A stretch of DNA of 64,000 nucleotides, from assembly GCA_028534125.1 (NCBI GenBank), contig CM052818.1, positions 36,582,001-36,646,000 on the forward strand. The letters are read 5' to 3'. The notes under the pieces are model-generated. The model did no database searches. It was not told the DNA's origin and saw only the letters and a list, made by a program, of their open reading frames with translations. The stretch comes from Lama glama (taxonomy: Eukaryota). Shown in pieces: positions 51,777 through 64,000 of the stretch (positions are counted from its first letter, which is position 1; each line of letters begins with the position of its first letter). A program made the translations under genes and the position numbers.

Positions 51777-53214
51777 ACAACCGGCCCCAGCCAAGCACAT
51801 CTTCTGAGAACCTTCCCTTGGAATCCCCAGCTGCCTGTTATCCGGACTCTGTCTCAGCCCTTACAAATATGAGAAAATAGATAACTTTCTCCTCTCTCTT
51901 TGTCCCCTTAATCAGAAATTTAAGAAATCAAGCCATTCAGGTCTACCCTCCCCAAACCGTAGGCTTTGAAAATGGATACCGGGGAAGTCATGACATTTTT
52001 CACTTTTGCGCACACTTTGTGACTGATGGGTGGGTTTGGACTCAATGAAGATACAACCCAAAATGTGGCGGCCACTTAACGTGCAGGCGAAACCCATTAT
52101 CTCGGCACGAACATGCACAGGTCGTCTCGTGATGCATTTTCAGCGCCTGATAATGTATCACGAGGGAGATCACAAATTCTCATTCATGGAGCAAGAAACA
52201 GCCTTCTGGAGAGAAATCACGCACAGTCTGGAAATGCACCACGAACAGGGGCTTGAGCGATTCCCCCAACCGAGCCCACTCAGTAGCCTTTGGTTTTCAA
52301 CGTGAGCACAGGAGGAAAGAGAGGTCTGCCTCTCATTCTGTAACTGTGCAAAAGCCGCCTTTATCCATTCGTGGACCCCAGAACCACAGGAGTGGGGGCG
52401 CTGCATGGGGCCCTGTGGTCATTCACACGATCCCCCATGGAAACCCCAGCTCCTCTCCTCCCAGAGGAGCATTTCTTCAAAGAATTTAGGGTGCAGGAGG
52501 AAGACGTTGTCTCTGAGGTTGTCTCTATGATGACAGACATCCCCCATGAAAGCCCCAGAGGCTCATAAATGTCAAATATCTGAGTGTTTGGTGCTGTGAG
52601 GATGGAGCCTGCAGATCCCATGGCCCCTTTCGGTTTTCCTTGGACCTGTGACACAGGCTAAGTTTCTCTCTTCCCAGCCCAGATTTATTTTCAAGGGCTT
52701 AGCGCCGAGGAACGATGGGAATGTTTCAGCATGAGTGCTTCTGACCACGAGGAGAAAAAGCCCCCAATACATTTCACAGACATCAGCGAGGATTCTGCAA
52801 AGTCCATTCTTTCAAGAACAAAATTGCATTTTATGAAGCCGTCCCTTTTCTGTTTCATCTGTCAAGCAGGTTTGCTGAGAATAATTTAAATTTCATGCAG
52901 CAGCAACTGCAGGGCAGCGGTGTTTCCTTTCCAGCCCATAAACAAGCCTGGCCGCCAAGTCGCATTTCTGCTTCTCAGCAGCAGCCCCCCTCCCCCGGGG
53001 CTCTGACTGCCTGGAGCCCAGAGTGCAGGTGGGGCTGGGGGGGAAAGGGGTGCCCTTCCAGCTTTCAGCTTTACCTCCTGCCTCATCAGTCAGCGGAGGG
53101 GATGGTCCAATAAGCCCCTCTCCAGCCTACTAGCTCCAACCAACAGGGGGCTTGGTCTCCTCTCAAATGTATGAATACTTGGTTGGACCCACCTCTGATT
53201 TACCTTTTTAAAAT

Positions 53215-53430
53215 TAACTCTTATTGAGCGCTTGACAAGCGGCAGGGTACTATTCTGTGCTTTTCTACACATATTGATTTAACCGATCCTCACATACCTC
53301 CATGAGAAACATACTATTATCATTCCCATTTTATAGACAAAGAAATCGAGGCTTAGAGACGTACTCAGCTCCTATGTGGCAGAAGATTCAAACCCAGTTC
53401 TGTCTGACTCAAGAGCCTGAAGTTCTCACC
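53215..53430 (-). mobile_element. MIR SINE
   Basis: 'ttattgagcgctt...tattatcattcccattttatagacaaagaaatcgaggcttagaga...gattcaaaccca'. Confidence 0.8.
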
Positions 53431-53827
53431 AGCTGTGCAATGTTTAGTAGACATAATCTTTGGCCTAAATTTTTCCGTCTATAACACATGAGGTAAATAT
53501 ACCCATTTCCTTGCCAAAATTCAGTGTTTGCTGTCAGCTAGGTGGGTGAGAGGACGGGGAGAGTTACCATAACAGTGCTGTAGTGATGGTTACCATGGTG
53601 AATGCCTGGTGCCAGGCAGCCTGGGTGGAGAAAGGAGCCAGCTCAGGCCCATTCTGTTTCTCCCTCACTAGGTGACCTCTGTAAGTCTGTTTTCTCCAAG
53701 TCTCACTCTTCTGATCTACCAAATAGAGGCTGGGTGGCATGGTTACTCTACTTCTCCTGGGCTCTGTGTCCTAGAGGTTCAAGAGCTGATCTTGGCCCCA
53801 GGGAAGCAGTTTAATGGTCTGGGAAAT

Positions 53828-53863
53828 GAGTGAGTGTGAGTGTGTGTGTGTGTGTTTGTGTGT
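53828..53863. repeat. Imperfect (GT)n microsatellite
   Basis: Direct reading. Confidence 0.8.
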
Positions 53864-54829
53864 CTGGCTAGGCCCCCCATGCCTCAGTGGCCTGGGAGGC
53901 TTGTCTAGTTGGCTGTGTGGCCTTTCATCAAAAACATGTAAGAAATCCTCAGGTCATGGAAAAAGGCAGAAACTGAAAAAACCAACTTAGGCCTGAAGGC
54001 AGCAGTGACGGAAAGAATTGTCATCACCTCCCTAGTCAGCCGCTGGGAGCCTAGCCAGCCTTCCCTCACCCTGGAGAGCTGGGACTGTCCCCCAGGGCTT
54101 GGCAGAAGCAGCCCCAGCACCGGGCAGGAGCCCGCGGGCAGGAGAGGTGAAGAGGCAGGCCGTCCTTATATTAGTGGTGACGGCCTGGGGCGCCCCAGGC
54201 CCACAGCCGCCAGTGCATGTGATGCTCACCCTGCTCCGTGCCCAGCCCACTGGGGATGCACAGGCCTGACAGTGCTGACACTTGTCACCATGCTGGGGAC
54301 CTTTCTCTGAGTCCTCAGGGGTGGATCTGGCTCACCCGTGGCCCTAAACCCTTCACGGAGGAGGCCAAGCCAAAACATTCAAGCAGCCTTTACCACTCAG
54401 GGCAGCAGGTCGCACACGGAGGGGAACAGCTCCCGCCTCCCCCACCGTCCACAGAGAGGGCCTCGGCCCTGTGCGCACACTGGGCTTTCTTCAAGGAAAG
54501 GGCCCCATGGCTGAGCAAAGCTCTAAGCTCCCTCCATCACCTGGCTTACCAGGTGGTATTGACTCTGTCTCAGTTTGAGGCAGGCTAGATGCCCTTGTCC
54601 CTCCAGCCCGTCCTGCTGCCATGTCACCCTGGTCATGTCACAAGTCAACCTGAGACCTCACCACTCACAAACCCATTTCCTTTCCCTGCCTGCTTGGCGC
54701 CCAGCTCCTGTTTCTTATCTGAAGCCTTTCCTTTCCCTCTTGGTGAGGCTAGAAATGACCACCTTCCCTTACAGGGGCACGGCCTCGTCCCATAGGCCTC
54801 ACCTGGGTGACAGTGACCGTGGTGGTGAC

Positions 54830-55055
54830 AATAGCACCTGTATAGGACTTCTGTGTCCTGGGCTCAGCTCTGAGCACTTTATACGTGTTTTAGCTCATAT
54901 AATCCTCCCAACAACTCTGACAGGCAGGCACTACTACCTATTCCTATTTTTTTTCCAAAGTGAGGCCCAGAGAGGTTAGGTAACTTGTCCAAGGTCCCCC
55001 AGCAAGCATGTGATAGAGTGGAATTCAAATCCAGGCAGTCTGGCTCCAAAATCTG
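54830..55055 (-). mobile_element. MIR SINE
   Basis: 'aatcctcccaacaactctga...tgaggcccagagaggttaggtaacttgtccaaggtc...aattcaaatccaggcagtctggctcca'. Confidence 0.85.
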
Positions 55056-57222
55056 TCTTCATCTACTCCACCAAGCTGCCTCTGCCAACAACCTCAATGG
55101 GAGAGACATTCTCAGGTCATTTGGTCACACCATCCAGGCCACAAATTAGTTATATCCTGGCCCGGGAGCTCCCGGAGGGCAAGAGCCAGCCCTTGGCTGC
55201 TCAGTGAAGACGCAGCTAGTTGACCAGGGAAACCGTAGATCCCTCAGTTCAGCCTGCCTGTCAGTTGATGTGGTCCTGGCATGGGTTAGACAAGGAGGCT
55301 GGGGGACAGGCTTCTGGGAGGTTGGCAGCTAGGTCAGAAGGACAGAAAAGCACCACCGCCCAAGTTCAATCACAGTGCCCTGGACAGAAGCCACTGATGG
55401 CTGCCGTCCTCCCTCGCCACACACACACTCAGTTCTCCTGAGCACCCCAAAGAATCCAGGGTGTGATCAGGCACTTTTGTTTGACTAGACAAGCCCTTAC
55501 AGGTATGAAACTGGGCTGGAGATGGTTCTGGAGAGAGACATGCCAAGGAGCTGGCTGTCCTCACAGGCATGAACTTTCGCCCCCTCTCCCCTCCCAGCCG
55601 CCCCGCTCAGTTCTTGCCCAGCTGTTGTTTTTTGTCTGAGGCCAGTTTCCTTTCCTCCTATGTGCTGTGGTTTGGGGTCCAGCCAGTTAGAGATGGTGAC
55701 TATCAAGCTGCCGGGAAGCAAAGCAGGAGCTGTGTGAGCAGGGCGAGCCCTCACCACGAGGACGCTCCATTTCCCTTGCTTGGAGGAGTCCAAACCCCTG
55801 CCCTGAGGCGCAGCCTGACGCTGTCCCTAAAACATCCCTGAGAGGGCAGAAACCATCAAGTGGACTCCCTGGTCCAGCTCCTCTCCCCTCACCTGGAGCC
55901 CCCCAGCAGTCAGCTCCCGAAGATGCCATTCCCCAGATGGCCAACGGCTGGCCTTGCTGAGTGGCTGCCAGATGTGGCCGGCGGGGCAGCCAGAAGGGTC
56001 ACTGGCTGGGTCCACTGGGCAGAGGTCACTGCATTGGAGCAGTCCTGGGGGCTGGCGCCTGGGGAGGAATGTGTTTGGCTGGTCTGGGGGCATCGTGCCC
56101 AAATAATCCTCCATCTCCTCTCCCCCGCCCAACATTCCTTCCCTCCCCACCTCAGTGGGGGTGGTGTTTTCATAACAGGAAAATAAAATCAATAAGGCAC
56201 TGCAGAAGATGTCAGTGTGCTGCGAGCTGGCCTCCAATAGCTCCATTGTCTCGGGCCTCCGCCAGGCTCTGCGCCGGCAGCACTCACAGTTATTAATGGG
56301 AAGCAGGGCTGAAAGGGAGTTTTGAAAATCACGGAGACAAAGGCGCAGCACACCTGGAGCGCGACTTTCCAACATCACCGCCACCTCACAATGGCTGGGG
56401 CCGGGGCTCCCCCGCCTTTAACTTCTCTGGCAACTTTTATGAAAGCAGGAAAGAAAAGACTAGACACGCGCACACACACACGCACGCACGCACGCCGCCC
56501 TGAGAGGGTTTCTGGGAGGCGGCTCTGAATGGCTGGCAGAGGCAAAGGTGGCCTGCAGAGCCCCTGCTTGCCCAGGAGACAGGATGGCAATGAATGGGCT
56601 TCCTGCCACCGGCCTGGGCCCCATCCCTCGAGGGGCTTCCAGCAGCGTGGCGGGGACCAGCTCGGCCCGAAGCCAGGCAAGAGCCTTGGAGACATTTTCA
56701 TTTCCATGTCGCAGCTGGTAACACAGCCTGCTCTCTGCTTTCGTTCCCGAGGCTGGAGCTACTTCCAGAAGATGGTGAATGACCTGAAACTAACACCCCT
56801 GAGGCCTGGGTCCCCGAGGGGATCCTACTGGGACCTCCTCCCACAGACTCCCGGGCCGCCGTGTCATCAACTGTAAAGCGGGTGACAAGTACTGGTGTCA
56901 GGGCTGTCTGAGGCTTGGAGGAGATGGGGACGTGAGCATTCTTAGTAGTAATAGTGGTTATAAGTAGCAGATTTATGACCACTTAGGACTTACTGCTGAT
57001 CAGTATCTTCTTGCAAACCCAAGTCACGAGTGCCCCCATGGGGACTTGCCTGGTCCACAGTCACCTGTTTAGGCAACCTGTACTGCCAACTTGGAGTCTC
57101 ACTGTCATTTCGCTGATGAAATGCCTTTAATCAGCATAGTAGGACAATGCACGGCATCTGCATCTTTGTACTAGTTAGTCACAGAGAGAGGCACTATGGA
57201 ACATAAAACCATGCCAACTTTA

Positions 57223-57720
<498 letters not shown>

Positions 57721-57774
57721 TTAGACAAGCGGCAGCCCTGCAGGCATGCGAGGAGGACAGCAACGGCCGCCAGC

Positions 57775-57945
57775 ATCTATTAAGCACCTTCTCTGTGTGC
57801 ATAAAAGGGCTCTCGAACATGAGCTCATTTCATATTCACAGCAAGCCCACAAAGCATGGATCATTAGCCCCCATCACAGACGAGGAATAAATGATTTGTC
57901 CAGGATCACATGGCAAAAGTGTAGTCAATGAGATTTGAACCCACT
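57775..57945 (-). mobile_element. MIR SINE
   Basis: 'tattaagcacc..ctctgtg...acagacgaggaa...tgatttgtccaggatcaca...gatttgaaccc'. Confidence 0.65.
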
Positions 57946-59329
57946 CACAGTTTAGAGTAACGCTTTTCGTTCTGCTGCATCACCTTGTCCTGGACGATGC
58001 AGGTGTGTGCCTTTCAGTTACAACTGGGGTTTCACCCCTCCATCCCCACTGTGCAAACAGCTCAGCCCTGTGATGAGGCGAGAGCATCGACGTCTGTAGG
58101 CTCACTTTGTGGTGGACTAGGCCCTTGACATAGATCTCATTTGATCCTTAGAGTAGCTGTGAGTTGGCAAGATCCCCCCCCCCCGCCCCTTTATGGACCA
58201 GGGAGCTCATTGAGAATAAGTGATTCCCTTGAGGTCAGGGAACTGGAAGGTGAGAAAGTGGCCAGGATCTCCGGCCTCCAGACTGTAGCTCAATGCAAGA
58301 CTCAAGTCTGAGAAGGTGTTAAGCCTCCGGGAGTGAAGAGTTCTCCTTTGTCACCTACAACTCAGTGGATGGCGCCAGAGTCCCCGGTGCTCCCTGGCTT
58401 CTGTTAACCAGACCATCTCCCACACAACACTCCTGAATATCCAAACATAAGGCCCTCAGTGTTGTCATGGGGACCTAGACACACCAGATACTCTGAGGGC
58501 CTCCTGCATCACCAAGGATCGCATTTTGCTCAGCACGACAATGACTTGTCTGGCTCCCTGCCAGCCACCCTCAGTCAGGAAGGAGGTAAAGATACAGGAG
58601 AGGCTGTCTCAGTCTGAGAGGCCACAGCAAGGCAGAGGCAGAGGGGAGAGAAAAGGCAGTGCCAAGGCACCGACGGGCGGGTTAGGGTGGAGTCTGCTTG
58701 CCCACCACATCCCCAGCCCTGCCCCTGGCTCAGGCACGGTGTGGTTCTCTTTGACACGTTTCCATTCCCCACGCATGCGCTGTCTGGGGTGTGAGCTCTT
58801 GGAGGTCAGGGACGGGTCCTGGCTCATTTTCCCATCCTGCCAGTCCAGCTCAGTCCAGGGCGGCGGGGTGGGCTCTGGAATTCCTGGCTAGTGAACAGAC
58901 AGACCACTTTATTTTTAAACTTTCTATGAAGCCTGATTCTACTCTGGTCTTTGCACATCCAGACCTAGTTGCCAACTTCCAGGACCACAGAGCCAGAGCC
59001 TGGGCCAACCCAACCCAGGTTGTGGCTGGCAGGGCCCTGACAGCCATTGTCCCCTCCTTTGACACTGTCCCCTCTACTGAGCATCTGGAGCAGACCTGAG
59101 CCCAACCCGCAGGCCCACCGGAAGCAGAGCTGACTGCACCTCTTAAGTTGGATGGTGGGCTCACTGTTTATTTTATCACTACACTTCACGGCTTACACAA
59201 TGCCACAAAATTATTTTTATCTATTCAATATTAACATCATGAAAATAAAAATGAACTCCCTTTTGATCACCCTCACAAACTTTTCCAACTGAAGTTCTTG
59301 GGAGAATTGTCCCCGCTTGCCTCTGGTCA

Positions 59330-60460
59330 CTGTCCCTCCTCCTGCTCACGTGGTAACCCGCTCCCCTGTGGCTCTCACTCCAGCCAGCCCTCAGGGGTCA
59401 CTCTCACGGAGGTCAAGAACGATCTGCTTGCTCAAGCCAGTGGGACATTTACTCCCGAGCCTACCCTGACTTCCCCCGACTTGGTTTGGTTGAGTTCACT
59501 CTGGAAAGCTCCTCCCTCGGTTTCTGTGACATCACGCTTTCACTTTTCAACCTCTCTCTGCTACACCATCTCAGTCTGCTTTGCAAGATGATCTTTCTTG
59601 GCTCATCCTTGAGAGCCCCTCTTTCCTCCTCTTCTTTTCTCACCCCACACGCTCTCCCTGGACGACCTCATTCAGCTCCACCTCTTTAGTGATGACTCCC
59701 GAGGCTCCATTTCCAGTTCCCCCTTCCTCAATGCCACGCCCACCATCCTACTGCCTGAAAAGTACCTAAATATTATATGTCCCTAAACTAACCATTGCTC
59801 TTTTGCTCCAGCGCATTCTCAGGAACTCCCTCTCTCAGAGAATGCCACCCGCATGTCCTCAATCCAGCCCCATGGCCCACAGGGGGGTCTTTGAGTCACT
59901 GCTCTAGTTGTTTCTCAAACCTGCCCCCACTTCCATCTGCACATCCACTCCAAATCATGTCTCCTTCATGGGTTATCTCAACCAGTCCTCTGTTCCCAGC
60001 CTCACCCTTCTAATCCATCCTTCACCAACTGCCCATATGGCTTTTTAAAGCACAAATCTGGTCACCATCCTTTCCTCTCCTGCTTTAAATCCTATTCATC
60101 AGAAATATGGTCCGGAATCCTAAGGGTGGCCCAGAGGACAGTTTCTGAAGGCATCGGTGTCCTCTCTCGGCTCTGGGATAAGCCCAGCCCATGCTCCTTC
60201 TTTGGCAGAACTGTCTCCCCCCTCCTCTGGCTAAGTCCTGTGTGTCTGTTATGACTCAGCTCAGGCACCGACTCTTCTCAGGGGTTGCACTGACCGTCCC
60301 CCTGAACTTCCGTGCACACCATCATCCCAATAACGATGAATGGCTGTTGTATGTTTGCTACCTTGAGACTAGGCTCCAGGCTCATTGTCTGTAATCCCAG
60401 CACCTAGCCCTTCTACCATAGAAGGGTGTTCAAGACACATTTGCTGAATGAATAAACAAA
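59330..60460 (+). mobile_element. Long degraded L2 LINE remnant
   Basis: Pyrimidine-rich L2 body ending 'gtaatcccagcacctagc...catttgctgaatgaataaa'. Confidence 0.7.
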
Positions 60461-60779
60461 CATTCATTTCTTCTTAATTGCATAATGTTTCAGGAAGGGA
60501 CAAATATTTATGTGAAGGGAGAACTTCAGACACAAAAACCTTGAGGCTTCCAGCTGGAAATTCTGTGTAGGCACCAGAGTCAGGAAATGTCCTGCCTTCC
60601 CAGGAAATCAGGACTGGAGTCTCCAAGGACGGCTCTGTAAGGAGAATCTGCGTATCCAGGGGCAGCTAGACCCCACAGCTTAGGTTCCTGTCGCCCGAGA
60701 TCCACCTGCCCAGGCAGGGCTCCTGCTGATTACCAGTACCCTGGAGCAGAGATGATGCTCCAAATTCACCACACCGCAT

Positions 60780-61120
60780 CCTCTCTCTGCATACCCAGGA
60801 AGACCCCTGCAGCCTCCCTTGCAGTTAGGTTGGGATCATGCACCGGAATCCAGGCAGATAGAATGAATGGGGAGCTGATGAAGACCACTTTCAGAGCTGG
60901 TCCTTTAAAAACATCTTTTACAACCCTGTAGTTCCCTCGTCTCACTTTGGCAACCCCGGAGGCCATGTCTCTCAGCTTGTGCAGCTATCTGATGGAAGAC
61001 GGTTGCTCCCCACCCCTAGCGTTGGACTTGGCACGATTGGGACATAAATCTTTATCATGTTAAGGCACTGAGATTGGCAGTTTATTTGTTACCTACGTCT
61101 AGCCTAGCCTGATTGATACG
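60780..61120 (+). mobile_element. Old MaLR LTR (MLT1J-like)
   Basis: 'gcctcccttgcagttaggttggg..catg...atgttaaggcactgagatt...tttgttac...gcctagcctgattgatac'. Confidence 0.7.
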
Positions 61121-62452
61121 CTAAATCAGCCCTTCATTCCTACAAAACAGCACAACCTCACATTACTGTCAGGGAATCCTCTCCTCCCAGCTGGTGATGG
61201 TGGAGAGGTGGGGTGAGGGGCTGGCACTCGGGTGCCCAGCAATCCTGCGCCCCTGAATGTGCCCGGAGGTGGCAGAGCGGGCTTGGGCTCAGGTCAAAGG
61301 GGCCTCTGGCCCCAGCGATACCTCTGATGCCGATCAAACCTCTCAGCTCGCTGGCTCTAGGAGCGCCGACGGACCACACTGGCTCCCTCGTCCTCACAGC
61401 CCCACAGCTGCGCCTCCGGCTGTCCCCTCCCCTCCCCGTCTGTCTCTTCAGGTCTCCCGAAAACGCCAGAGAGGAGGTGGTGACTCAGGCAGCTGGAGGC
61501 CACACAATCTGGTCTCAGCCGCTTTAAAGGTTTTCAAAACAAAGGTCAACTATTTGCATGCCAGGTTTGGGTTCGACTTCATTCCTCAATTTAATTTTCC
61601 CTTTCAGACGGAATGAAAGGAGCGTGCTGCCCAGCGTACCCTGGTGAGACGGCAGACTGCCAGCGCCAGAGGTGGCAACTTCAGTATTTCCTGCTGGGCT
61701 GCAGCCAGCGTGTCAAAAGGCCCCGTCCGCCCACACGTGCACCCAGGACGGTTGTGGGGGCGGCAGCAGGGAGCGCTCGCTGGGGCCGGAGGAGGCCCCC
61801 AACGCACCAGGCACCTCAGATGAGACGGGTCAAGCAATCCGACACAACGTGTAAAATGCCTCCTTGTGCAGGGGCGCACCTTTTCCTGGCGGGCTGCCTG
61901 TGAACTGGCAGAGCCTGGCATGGGGCCGTCACTGAGAGAGGAGGGGGTCTCACAGTGCCATTCCTGAGTGTGGGTGGCTGCTTATGAGGACCCAGGGCCC
62001 ACGCCTGGTGGGGGTCGTGTGTTGCCAGCACCTTTTAAAATATACGTACATGTGTGAGGAAAAAGCTCGAGGGTCTAGAAAATCTTATACTTGTGGGTGG
62101 AGGCAGGTCAGGCCAAGGTCCAAGGCAGAGACGTTTTGGTGCAAGTCCTGGATTAAATCTGAAAAGTCTCCCAGAGGCGGGAGTTTTATGTGAGAGATTT
62201 GCTTCTGGCTTCTGGGATTCTACGTGGCAAAGCTGTTTCTCCACCATGAGTGCTGTCCTCTGCACTGTCCCAGGAGGCTGGGCTGGCAGAGAGGAGGGAA
62301 AGGTGACCTGGCCCTTCCCTGGGGTGGGCAGGGCCCCATTTTTGCTTGTCTGAAATCTCACACTTGCATGGAACCTCCCGGTTCATAAAATGCATACCGC
62401 TCCAGCCTCTCACATGGTGGTCCCAGGTGCAGACATCCAGCTTTCCACTTTT

Positions 62453-62486
62453 CAGAGTCAGACCCAGACTCAGACTCAGACTCAGA
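62453..62486. repeat. (CAGACT)n hexamer repeat, ~5 units
   Basis: cagagt cagacc cagact cagact cagact caga. Confidence 0.75.
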
Positions 62487-64000
62487 GAAGCTGAGCCTGG
62501 GCCCGGTGCACCACTGAGGAGGCCAGCCCCGGCACTGGTTCCCAGTCCCTTCTTTCTGCACACACCTCTCCTCTCCCAGGGAAGAGTGAGGGGAGTGGAA
62601 GCTCTGCTTACAGAATCACAGCAGACATGATGAATGGGGGCTGAGCACGTCACTCTGGGATGCTCCTGATGGGCCACAGTGCTGCTCTGAATGTACAACC
62701 ATTGGTCCTGCACACCAACTCCCATTCCGTCCCCATCTCCCCATTCAGAGCCACAAAGGCAGAGCCTCAACATACGCAGGCACACCCCTGGGATCTAAGG
62801 ACAGGGTCCCCCAGCACCCCAGAAATGCAGCAGGGCCACACTGACCAGCTCTGGGGAGAATCATGCCCGTCAAGCCTGACTACCTCTTGTCCGAGATGAT
62901 CCCTCAGAAGCGACCGAGGCCACCCTGGTGTGCCCAGTAGCATCCCGTCGGCTGTGAGGAAGGCCTTCTGCCTTTTCCAGGTCTCCTCTCCAGTGGAGAG
63001 TGAAGGGTCTGTCCTGCGGGCCCCCACTCCTGAGGGATGAGATGCAGGCCCCCGTGATGGCTCACCTGCTCACCACAAAGGCTGCATGCTCCCGGGCGGG
63101 GCCCTGGCCCGGGGCCTCCACACACGCACTTCACCCGTGGGCTCCCCTTCCCTCAGGAGTGAACAGAAGTTGGCTTCCCTGCCTACAGGGCGCTGGGGCA
63201 AGTCTTCCTCCCGCAAGCACCACTAGGGCTCCAGGCTGCGGAGGGACCACCCTGTCCCCAGGCTCTCTCAGCTCCCTTGGAGGAGACGTCCGGGTGGCTA
63301 ACTGGAATAAAAGACAAATGACAAGGCTGCGCAGCCCCTGACTTCCGGCTCCTACCCCGCACCGCCACCCACTGCCTGTCCCCAGAACCCACCTCCCTGC
63401 CGCTCTCCTCTCGGCTCCTGGTGCCCAGACAGAAAGCACGCCCGGGGCCTCCACTGGGCACCCCACCTCCCTCGTCTCAGTTTTCCTGCAGCCTCTGAAA
63501 AGGACTAACTCCCTGCTTAGGAGAGAAGCTGCTTAAAATTTGATCCAAAGTTTTAGGTGATGTTTATCTTATCTTCACATTTTCTATAACGTGGTTAGTT
63601 AACTGTAATAGTGGAAAATTTACGTCTCTACTTGGGAGTATAGGAAACAGGCTGGTACGACTGAGCCTGCCCTAGGAGTCCCGCCCCACTGGGCAATATG
63701 GGCTCCGGCCCAGTCACTGCCTAGTTCAAGGTCTAGTTCAGACCCTGGAGAACCCTCACAGAGCTGGACCCTTTCATGCTGTGCTCAAGTCAGACCCCAA
63801 GAGCCGGGCAGGCCCCAGGTGTTCGGCACCTCCCTGGCCCTGCCACGCAGGCTGGCCATTGAGTGGCTGGGTTCCAGGGCCTCTCTGCAAAGGGGCCCAC
63901 ACTCCTTGCTCTGTTTGGTGAAGCTGTACCCAACTGCCTCCCTGAGTCTGAGTGCTGGGCCTGTCCCCTCTGCTCTGTCAGCTCCGAGTCCTCGGTGACC

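Noticed and set aside
52371..52568. 65-aa ORF with protein-like acidic composition
   Set aside because: It has a non-ATG start, is antisense, and shows no homology I recognise and no splice or poly-A support.

Overview
This is mammalian, GC-rich genomic DNA, most likely from a camelid (alpaca, llama or camel), judged from two vic-1-type tRNA-Ala-derived SINEs. The window lies inside KLHL29 (kelch-like family member 29) on the minus strand. It holds the first coding exon (57361-57690, ATG at 57645), the next coding exon (87-228) and the ~57 kb intron between them. The rest is intronic: old MIR, L2, L1M, MaLR-LTR and DNA-transposon fossils, younger L1 3' ends and SINEs, micro/minisatellites, two placeholder assembly gaps, and several AT-rich, homeobox-motif-rich blocks that look like conserved non-coding elements. 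Almost all ORFs in the supplied track are chance ORFs. I see no evidence of a novel gene system. The most notable unexplained signal is a pair of identical 17-bp perfect CTCF consensus motifs in divergent orientation (1544-1560 and 2234-2250). Gene and repeat identities were recognised from memory, not by database search, and boundaries of old repeats are approximate.
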